Shown here: piece by piece, positions 48,471 to 64,000 of the stretch
Layout of the letters: each line of letters begins with the position of its first letter
Numbering within the stretch: position 1 is the stretch's first letter
Source of the DNA: the human T2T-CHM13v2.0 reference genome, Homo sapiens
Strand: one strand, 5' to 3'
Length of the DNA stretch: 64,000 nt
NCBI RefSeq assembly: GCF_009914755.1
Contig: NC_060927.1
The notes under the pieces: model-generated
Seen by the model: only the letters and a program-made list of their open reading frames with translations
Database searches by the model: none
Told to the model about the DNA's origin: nothing
Position numbers and translations under genes: made by a program

Positions 48471-48828
48471 TCAACATTCTTAAAGGAAAGAATTTCCAGC
48501 TCAGAATTTCATATCCAGCCAAACTATGCTTCATAAACGAAGGAAAAATAAGATCCTTTTCAGATAAGCAAATGCTGAGGGAATTTGTTACCACCAGGCC
48601 TGCCTCACAAGAGCTCCTGAAGAAAGCACTAAATATGGAAAGGAAAAACTGTTACTGGTCATTACAAAACACACTGAAGTACACAGAGCAGTGACACTAT
48701 AAAGCATCTACATAAACAACTCTGCAAAGTAATCAGCTAGCATCATGATAACAGGATCAAATTCGTACATAACAAAACTATACCCCAACTAAAAGGGCAT
48801 AGTATTGGGGCATAGTATGGCCCAATTA

Positions 48829-49269
<441 letters not shown>

Positions 49270-49305
49270 TCAGGGGTCACAATCCTAATTTCTGACAAAA
49301 CAGAC

Positions 49306-49676
49306 TGATATGGTTTGGCTCTGTGTCCCCACCCAAATCTCACCTCAAATTGTAATCCCCATAATCTTCACATGTCAAGGGCAGGACCGAGTAGACGTAA
49401 CTAGATCATGGGGACAGGTTTCCCCATGCTGTTCTCATGATAATGAGTGAGTCTCACAAGATCCCTATAAGCTTCTGGCATTTTTTCTGCTTGCGCTTCT
49501 CCTTTCTGCCACCCTGTGAAGAAGGTGCCTTTCTTCCCCTTCACCTCCTGCTGTGATTGTAAGTTTCCTGAGACCTTCCCAGCCATGTGGAACTGTGAGT
49601 CAATTAAACCTCTTTGCTTTACAGATCACCCAGTCCCAGGTATTTCCTTATAGCAATTTGAGAACACACTAATACA
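49306..49676 (+). mobile_element. THE1D-type solo LTR nested in the L1 endonuclease region
   Basis: tgatatggtttggctctgtgtcc ... actaataca; perfect 5-bp TSD cagac. Confidence 0.93.
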
Positions 49677-50361
49677 CAGACTTTAAACCAACAAAGATCA
49701 AAAGAGGCAAAGAAGGGTGTTACATAATGTTAAAGCGTTCAATAAGAAGAGCTAACTGTCCTAAATATATATGCACCCAAAACAGGGGCACCAAGATTCA
49801 TAAAGCAAGTTCTTAGAGACCTTAGATTCCCACACAATAATAGTGGGAGACCTTCACTGACAATATTAGACAGATCATTGAGACAGAAATTTAATGAAGA
49901 TATTCAGGACCTGAACTCAGCTCTGGATCAAATGGACCTTATAGGTATCTACAGGACTCTCTACCCAAAAACAACAGAATATGCATTCTTCTCATCACCA
50001 TGTAGCACTTACTCTAAAATAATCGTAAGTAAAATATTCCTCAGCAAATACAAAATAACTGAAATAATAATAGTCTCTCAGACCAGTGTACAATCAAATT
50101 AGAACTCAAGACTAAGAAATTATCTCAAAACCATACAATTATATGAAAATTAAATAACCTCCTCCTGAATGACTTTTAGGTAAACAATGAAATTGAGGCA
50201 GAAATCAAGTTCTTTGAAACTAACGAGAACAGAGATACAATGTACCAGAATCTCTGAGACACAGCTAAGGCAGTGTTATGAGGAAAATTTATAGCACTTA
50301 ATGTCCATATCAAAAAGCTAGGAAGATCTCACGTTAACAACCTAACATCACAACTAAATGA

Positions 50362-50517
<156 letters not shown>

Positions 50518-53500
50518 TAGCTAGGCTAATAAAGAATAAAAGGGAGAAGATTTAAATAAACAGATAAGGGGGATATTATCACTGACCCCATGGAAATACA
50601 AACAACTATCAGAGAATATTATAAACACTTCTATGCACATAAACTAGAAAATCCAGAAGAAATGGATAAATTCCTGGACACATACATCCTCCCAATACTG
50701 AACCAGGAAGAAATTAAATCCCTGAACAAATCAATAACAAATTCTGAAATTGAGACAATAATAAATAGCCTACCAACCAAAAAAAGCCAAGGTCCAGATA
50801 GATTCACAGCTGAATTCTACCAGAAGTACAAAGAAGAGCTGGTACCACTCCTACTTAAACTATTCCAAGAAATTGAGAAGGGTCTCCTCCCTAACTCACT
50901 CTATGAGACCAGCATCATCCTGATACCAAAATCTGGCAGAGATACAACAGAAAAAGAAAACTTCAGGCCAGTATCTTTGATGAACATCAATGCAAAAATC
51001 CTCTACAAAACACTGGCAAACTGAATCCAGCAGCACATCAAAAAGCTTATCTACTACAATCAAGTTGACTTCATCCTCAGGATGCAAGGTTGGTTCAAAA
51101 TATGCAAATCAATAAATGTGATTCATCACATAAACAGAATGAAAGACAAAAACCACATGGTTATCTCAATAGATGAAGGAAAGGCTTTTGATAAAATTCA
51201 ACATCCCTTCATGTTAAAAACTCTCAACAAACTAGATATTGAAGGAACATACCTCAAAATAATAAGAGCTATACATGACAACCCCAGAGCCAACATCATA
51301 CTGAATGAGCAAAAGCTGGAAGCATTCCCCTTGAATACTGGCACAAGACAAGGATGCCCTATCTCACCACTCCTATTCAACAAATATTGGAAGTCTTGAC
51401 CAAAGAATCAGGCAAGAAAAATATAGGGCGTTCAAATAAAATGGGAAGAAAGGAAGTAAAACTATCCCTGTTTGTGGATGACATGATCCTGTATCTAGAA
51501 AACCCCATTGTCTCAGCCCAAAAGCTTCTTAAGCTGATAAACAACTTCAGCAAAGTCTCAGGATACAAAATCAATGTGAAAAAATCACTAACATTCCTAT
51601 ACATCAAAAACAGGCAAGCTGAGAGCTAAATCACGAACAAACTCCCATTCACAATTGCCACAAAAAGAATAAAATACCTAGAAATACAGCTAACTAGGGA
51701 GGTGAAAGATCTCTACAAGCAGAACAACAAACCACCTCTCAAAGAAATCAGAGATGACACAAACAAGTGGAAAAACATTCCATGCTCATGGATAGGAAGA
51801 ATCAATATTGTTTAAATGGCCATACTGTCCAAAGCAATTTATAGATTCAATGCTATTCTCATTAAACTATCACTGACATTCTTCACAGAACTAGAGAAAA
51901 CTATTTTAAAATGCATATGGAACCAAAAAATAGTCCAAATAGCCAAGGTAGTTCTAAGCAAAAAGAACAAAGCTGGAAGCATTGTACTACCCAAAGTCAA
52001 ACTATACTACAGGGCTACAGTAATCAAAACAGCATAGTACTGGTACAAAAACAGACACATAGACCAATGGAGCAGAATAAAGAGCCTGGAAATAAGACCG
52101 CACACCTACAACTATCTGATCTTCAAATAAACCTGACAAAAACAAGCAATGGGGGAAGGATTGCCTATTCAATAAATGGTGCTGGGATAACAGGCTAGCC
52201 ATATGCAGCAAACTGAAACTGGACCCCTTCCTTATACCATATATAAAAATTAACTCAAGATGAATTAAATGTTTAAAACCCCAAATTATAAAACCCCTGG
52301 AAGATAACTGAGGCACTACCATTCAGGACATAGGCACAAAGATTTCATGATGAAGACATCAAAAGCAATGGCAACAAAAGCAAAAATTGACAAATGGGAT
52401 CTAATTAAACTAAACAGCTTCTGCACAGCAAAAGAAACTATCAACAGAGTAAACAGACAACCTACAGAATGGGAGAAAAATTTTGCAAGCTATGCATCTG
52501 ACAAAAGTCTAATATTCACCATCTACAAGGAACTTAAACAAATTTACAAGAAAAAAACTAAACAACCCCATTAAAAAGTGAAAAAAGGACATGAACAGAC
52601 ACTTCTTAAAAGAAGACACACATGTGCCAACAGTCATATGAAAGAAAGCTCAACATTACCGATCATTAGAAAAATGCAAATCAAAACCACAATGAGATAC
52701 CATCTTACACCAGTCAGAATGGCTATTATTAAAACGTCAAAAAATAATAGAGGCTGGTGAGGTTGTAGAGAAAAAGGAACTCTTATACACTGTTGGTGGG
52801 AGTGTAAATTTGTTCAACCATTGTGGACGACAGTGTGGTGATTCCTCAAAGACCTAAAATCAGAAATACCATTTGACCCAGCAATCCCATTACTGGGTAT
52901 ATCCCCAAAGGAATATAAATTGTTCTATTATAAAGACACATGCATGTGTATGTTCATCATAGCACTATTCACAATACCAAAGACACAGCATCAACCTAAA
53001 CGCCTATCAATGATAGACTGGATAAAGAAAATGTGGCACATATATACCGTGGAATACTATGTAGCCACAAAAAAGAATAAGATCATGTCCTTTGCAGGGA
53101 CATGGTTGGAGCTGGAGATCATTATCCTTAGCAAACTAACTCAGGAACAGAAAACCAAACACAGCATATTCTCACTTCTAAGTGGGAGCTAAATGATGAG
53201 AACACATGTACACATAAAGCAGAACAAAACACACTGGGGCCTATCAGAAGTTGGAAGGATGGAGGAGAGAGAGGATCAGTAAAAATAACTAATGGATACA
53301 AGGCTTAATACCTGGGTGATGAAATAATCTGTATAACAAAGCCCCATGATACACATTTACCTATGTAGCAAACCTGCATATGTGCCCCTGAACTTAAAAG
53401 TTAAAAAAGAAAAATAAAAGAAGATCACCATGGCAAAAAAATAATATATGTATATTTTATATATATACATGAACCCTAGAGTCAGACTATGATATATATG

Positions 53501-53532
53501 TATATATAGTATGTGTGTATAGAAATAGAGAC

Positions 53533-53568
53533 AGATAGATAGATGATTGATTGATTGATTGATTGACT
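53533..53568. repeat. (GATA)/(GATT)n compound STR
   Basis: Seen directly. Confidence 0.85.
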
Positions 53569-53815
53569 AGCCAGTCACAAAAAAGCAAGAAAGAGAACAG
53601 GAGGGAGTCCACTGGCAGACAGGAGAGTTCAAGAAAATCCTGGAAGATGGAAAGAAGAGTGCTTAGGGAAAGAGGCACAGCATAAGTTGTACATTGAGGC
53701 AACTATGTTGCCACAAAGTTGCTTGACTTCTTGACAGAACCCCAGAAGGCCTTGAAATAAACCTACATCAGAAAGTACATAAAGGTAAAAATAGGAAAAT
53801 GAATTGGAAGTCAGT

Positions 53816-54050
53816 GTGATAGCCATTTTCCAACATGGTCTTCAATGATCCGTACTCCCTGGTATGCACCTGTTTGGCCCTGTCCTATATTAAATAAGGA
53901 ATACCCCTATGTGGCCAATGGAATATAGAAGTGACAGTGAGTGATTGCTGAGGCCAGGTCTTAAAAGACTTTGCAGCTTTCACCTGTTCTCTTGGATGGC
54001 TCACTCTGGAGAAGCCAGCTGCCATGCTGTGAGGATACTGAAGCTTCCCA
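53816..54050 (+). mobile_element. MLT1F-type MaLR LTR, 5' half
   Basis: tggctcactctggagaagccagctgccatgctgtgagga. Confidence 0.75.
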
Positions 54051-54229
54051 AGGAGTGGAGAGGGAGGGAACATAGGAAGGGGAAGGGAAGGAGGGAGGGA
54101 AGGGAAGAAAAGGGGAAAAATCAGATTGTATACAAAGCAATAGTAACATGAATTGAATCACATTTTCCTAACAGCAAGTAATCCTGAATACTAGACACAA
54201 TTGAGGAATGCCTACACAATGTTGAAAGA

Positions 54230-54330
54230 CGGTATGGTACTTATGAGCATGAACTCTAGAGTCAGACTGCCTGAGTTAAAATTCCTGGTATTTCCACTTA
54301 CTACCTGCCTGACCTAATTTTAACTACTTT
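54230..54330 (+). mobile_element. MIR fragment
   Basis: gaactctagagtcagactgcctgagtt ... ccacttactacctg. Confidence 0.7.
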
Positions 54331-54986
54331 CCCCTGCCTCCAAGTATGTGTCAATGGCCAGAAGCAGTCAGATCCATGATGAACAAAACAGAAATAAAGG
54401 ATCAGGACTTCTTGGTCAGTTAGACAGGATGGCTAATAGGAGTAAGGCCTAGTCCAGTGCTGACAGCAACCAGGATAAAGGCCTACATCTTCAATCTACC
54501 AACTGAAGTAAGAAGTAAAGGAAACCAAAGCCAGTTCCGTGAAGGAGGGGCTAAGAGGGATAGGGAAATTGAAGGGGATTTCCAGCTTTCTCTGCCAGGA
54601 GAGAACTGGAGGAGAAACCATACAACATGGGTGGGACAGGACCAGTCTGGCAAACTGGCACCATACAGTGGGAGTTAGATGACGAAGCTAATGCATCACC
54701 AGACTCAGACATTGGGCCACCAAAGACGATGTTTACAGCTTGCTTCCTAGAAAGAAGGGCAGGATTATCATTTCCAAGACAACACTGGTTAAGAATTGTT
54801 TCCAAGCAACACTGGTTAAGAATAAACCCTGTTATGTTCATTAAACTGTAATGAATGTCTCTACCCCAAACTATGAGAGCTCCAGGGGCAGAGACTGTAT
54901 TTTGTCCATCCTTATCCCCAGAGTTTGGCAACTGGTCAGCACTTGATAAATAAAGGAAAGAATGTATAAACGAAAGGTGACCTTTT

Positions 54987-55408
54987 TGTTGAAATAATTG
55001 AAGTGGAGGCCTGAAGAATCCTTCAGCAGACGAAGATAGTTAGGCTTCATAAGTGACCTTAACCTTGCTTGATTTAGAAACATAAGTGAACTTTAACTTG
55101 GGCTACTTCTTGTAAATGCCCATATTAAAAGAAAAATGAAACTTAAGGCTAGCCAATAAGAGGCCGGCAACTAACCTATATAACCAGGGATTTTCCATCA
55201 GGATAGACCACATATTGCAACTGTATAACTAAGCAATCACATTTTTGGGGGCTACTTCCTTGTCTGCCCTGTAAAAGCCTTCCCCTTCTACTCTGAACCA
55301 CTTCTGGTAGAGTCCCTAAACCATTTCTGGTTTGGTACTTCCTGATTCATAAGTTGCACAAACACACACTTAAAAAAATTTTATCATGCCTCAGTTTACC
55401 TTTTAACA
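54987..55408 (+). mobile_element. MER93-like ERV1 solo LTR
   Basis: TG...CA ends; aggcctgaagaatcc ... cataagtgaccttaaccttgcttgattt ... gcctcagtttaccttttaaca. Confidence 0.75.
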
Positions 55409-56185
55409 TTAGAGACTACTGAATCAAAGACTAAGGTCTTACGATGGAAATCCAGATCCGGGCTCTGAATTAGTTTATTACCCAACTGTAGCCTCTCCTT
55501 AGAGGCAAGATTCCCCTGCTACTCTAGTTTCGGCCCTGACAGTGAGTACACGCCCTCTGGCCACTGCCTTCTGCTGGTCACCTCGAGATTACACCCTCTA
55601 GAGCCTGAACTGCCCGAAACGGTGCCTGCACCCTGACAAGGGCATAAATGGCTAGCCATCCCCTCTGGCCCAGCTAGTCAAGATGACTAATCCTGTCCAA
55701 AGCTCTCCTGTCTGTTTTTCTCAGGCATGGGACTCTGCTCTACAGGAGGAGACTCACACAAAACTCCAGCTTTGTTGATTTGCCCCTGGCTGTCTCCACT
55801 CTCAGGCGTCCCTTATCTTTTCTTTCACTTCTGGGAATGCAGTTCAAACTCACTGCAGTAACTTCCCAGAGAAACTCGCTCAGTGATATACAGACAGGGA
55901 AACTGAGTCTCAGAGAAGATGGGAAACTTGTCCCCGGTCACAGAGCTGCTAGGTGTCAAAGATAAGATGGGGATTGTACAACCCATGAAACCTTCAAGAC
56001 CCTGCTCTTCCAGTAGCAGGCTCCCTGACTGGCCCAACAGCCCACCTTCAATCTCCGAGCAAGCACGAACTGACCCTGGGCCGACTCCACTGACCTCCAT
56101 ATGCACTTTCCTTCCAAAGGGAAGAAATGCTCAGCTGTGATCTCCATGGCCTATAAATCCTGGAATACATTTTTGTTTCAAATAG

Positions 56186-56506
<321 letters not shown>

Positions 56507-56993
56507 CCAAGCACACATCTTAAAAGCACCTGAGCTTTTGCATTGATCCCAGAAATAAGGCCTCTAGCTTCAAGGACAAAAGCAAAATACCACGAATTTG
56601 GAACAAATTCAAGGGTCAAGCCTGCCTAAAACAGAGAAAAATAATATAATAATGATGGTGCACTATTTTCAAGGAAATGAGGCTTTGCCATGGTCATGTC
56701 CATGTACTAACTAGAACTGCACATGGCAATCATACTTGGATGAAGACCTAATTTAACGAATAGGTAAGAATTATTTCAGTTAGCAAATCAGAGCCTCAAT
56801 CTAAGCCATTACACGGCCCAGCTTTCAGAGACGTTTCACTTTGTCTATGTACGCGCAGTTACTGAAGCCTTTTATTTATTCTATAAAGTATATAAACATC
56901 TCTTCCTTGACTCTTATTTACACTATTCCTTCACGTAGAAAAATCCTTTTTTTCTTGATACAGCAAAGAGAAACCTTATTTAAAATCCCTTCT

Positions 56994-57100
56994 ACAGAAG
57001 CAATTGTGCCCCAAACCTCAGCATCATTCATTATACCCAGGCCACAAACTTGCACGTGTGCCCCTAGAATCTAAAATAAAAGTTGAAATTATTAAAAATA
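56994..57100 (+). mobile_element. Very short L1 (PA16/PB-type) 3' tail
   Basis: ccaaacctcagcatca ... gaatctaaaataaaagttgaa; TSD-like aaa(a/g)tcc(c/t)ttct. Confidence 0.75.
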
Positions 57101-57974
57101 AAGTCCTTTCTGAATTATCACAAATTTTAAATTGATATTACTAGGATCAGTGAAATTTTAATATAAGCCTGAATTCACTGTGGATTTAAAAAATAAAGGT
57201 AACACCCTGGTTTATAAGTGGTATTCCCTAACATGAGGCATTAATAACTATATATTTGCTACAAATAAAAATGTCAAAATATATTATTGTTTATTTCATT
57301 AATTCTACTTTTCTTAGTTATGTGATTGTGTGGAGAATTTAAACCTATTTTGACAGGCTTTTCAAAAAAAGGCATATTTTTACTATATTTTATTTTCTGA
57401 AGTGGCTATTCTCAATGTTATTGAGTTGTAATAGCTTATTGTTGATCATTTGCTTTCATCAGTCCTTCCTTCTAAAAGCACTCAATGCCCATAATACTGG
57501 TCATAGCCAAGAACAACATAAAATATATAGCCCAAACTATGGCACTTCTAACAGCAATGATGGGGACTATTAATAAAGACACCAGGTACAAACTGGCTCT
57601 GTCCTAGGCATGATCAGCCTAGGCATGATCAGCCCAACACAGTAGTCCTCATCCTGATAATGGATTCTATGTAAACATTTTCAAAAGATAAAGCTAAATG
57701 CACAAAGATTCTCATTGCTATAGAATATACATCAGTGAAAAATAAGAAGCAACCTAATATGGGAGATATTAAGGTATGGGAATATTAGCTTGATTATAGA
57801 TACAATTAATTGAATATTATACAAATCATTAAAATCGATTATCATGAAAACAGTGTAACAGTATAAAATGGCATGAAAAAATATTTAAAATACAATTTTG
57901 AGTGAAAAAAAGACAAATTCATATGAGCACTGGTATTACAGCTATGTAAAATTATATTCAGATATGTAAAGACA

Positions 57975-58525
57975 TGACCAGCTACATAATTTGTGAGGCC
58001 CAGTACAAAAAGAAAATGAGGGGTCCCTTGTTAAAAAGTTATTAAGAATCTCCAGTCAGTGACAGTAGAACATTAAACCAATGTTCTACAAGAGGCCCAT
58101 CTCAGTATGAGACCCTGTGCCACTATCTCTTCATCCACTTGTGCTGCTGTAACAAAATACCTTAAACTAGGTAATTTACAAACCACAGAAATTCATTTCT
58201 CACTGTTCTAGAGGCTGGGAAGTCCAGGATCAAGGTGCCCATAGATTTGGTGTCTGGTGAGTGCTCACTGTTTCATAGGTGGCACATCCTTGCTCTGTCC
58301 TTGCATTCCCAGGGGGCAAACAGGCTCCCTCAAGCTCTTTTATAAGGGCACGAATCCCACCCATGAGGGGTCCACCCGCATGACCTAACCACCTCCCAAG
58401 GGTCCCACCTCCTAATACTCTTGCAGTGGAGATTATTAGGTTTCAACAGATGAATTTTGGAGGAAATTCATTCATTATTTGAATCAACATAGCACATTGC
58501 AAAAGTAAAAGGACTATGAAGCCTG
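57975..58525. mobile_element. MER91A-type hAT MITE split by MLT1A
   Basis: ctacataatttgtgaggcccagt ... ccctgtgccact, resuming at ... tatgaagcc. Confidence 0.65.
58124..58494 (-). mobile_element. MLT1A-type MaLR LTR
   Basis: gctgctgtaacaaaatacc ... ggctgggaagtccaggatcaaggtgcc ... catagca. Confidence 0.85.
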
Positions 58526-59486
58526 GAGAAGAACTACTTGAAAAGAGAGAAAATTTAAACAAATCAGTTATTTGGAAGGGTCATAGGTTTTTTTGTTTTA
58601 TCTTCATTATTGTTATAATGCTTTTTTCATAAATTAAATTTTAATTGGTAACATCTTTAGATTAACATATAGTAAAATCAACTTTTAATAATGTGAACAT
58701 CTTCTGACTCTCTGAAAACAGACACATCCTGGGGCCCCAGCTCTCCATCCTGCCTGAGCATCAGTATCTCCCGGGCAGCTTTGTACATTCCAAATGTCCA
58801 CCCCTCACCCTTAGAGATTTTGTCTCAGTGGTCTGAAACAAAGCAATTGAAACCTAGCTAGGTAGCATCCTAAACTGCCTTTTTCAACAGAAGGATTTCA
58901 AGTATTGGATTTGGCCTTCAGGATCTTATTCTCTCTCAGAAATAACAAATTTTTCATGACTTAATCACGACTACAAGTCATGTAGGAGAAGGAGTCTGTG
59001 GTTTGTGGTTTTGACTTTCATGTTCTGTTGTTTTGTCTGTTTTTAACACCAAATTTGAAGTTACTCATTCTGAGGTAAGCTTTCAAAATAGTAAATATAC
59101 AAGCTATGTAATTCTATGGTGAAATAATATCATATCTGCAAGAAACCCAAGAAGAAATTTTAGATACAGAGAATGAGAAATCTGTTAAGAGAATTGTTGA
59201 GATTTTTCCCTTTGTATGGCTTCAAGGTAAGAACTGGCATGGCTTTATATGGAGTTTATTACAGCCTACCACAAACTTATTAATAAGAAATAGTGTTCCA
59301 TATATTAGGTCATCAACCAAAGATAAGTGCAAGATATTTCTCTTTTTTTTTTTTTAACGATGGCCCTAAGAATAAACATTCCTTACTTGATTTAATGACA
59401 AACTGAGACATAGAAGTAGTGGTTGGTGAGAGGGAGATCAAAAGGCCCCCCTTTTGTAGCTGATAAATATGTTGGAAGAAATGTAA

Positions 59487-64000
<4,514 letters not shown>

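Overview
AT-rich, repeat-dominated primate DNA. It is almost certainly human, because it carries an Alu with all five AluYa5 diagnostic changes. I found no intact protein-coding gene, tRNA, rRNA or CRISPR array. Nearly all long ORFs in the track come from LINE-1 or Alu. About 24 kb is four long L1s: L1PB-type + 22.5-29.6 kb; full-length L1PA5-type - 33.3-39.4 kb; L1PA11-13-type + 46.7-53.4 kb; L1PA5-type - 59.5 kb to the window end. These carry nested THE1 LTRs, Alus and a small L1. The rest is a mosaic of MIR, L2, old L1M, MaLR/ERVL/ERV1 solo LTRs and hAT/Tigger DNA-transposon relics. Subfamily names come from recalled consensus sequences, not from a search. Most notable observations: (1) an L1 ORF0 that lacks its usual stop and reads out of the element into unique flanking DNA (172 aa); (2) two L1PA5-type copies 26.2 kb apart, with different flanks, that share non-consensus mutations including an ORF2 frameshift; (3) exon-like segments on the minus strand with single in-frame stops, possibly a decayed gene or lncRNA; (4) two apparent short 3' transductions; (5) a young 5'-truncated AluYa5 inserted 400 bp from an inverted AluS.
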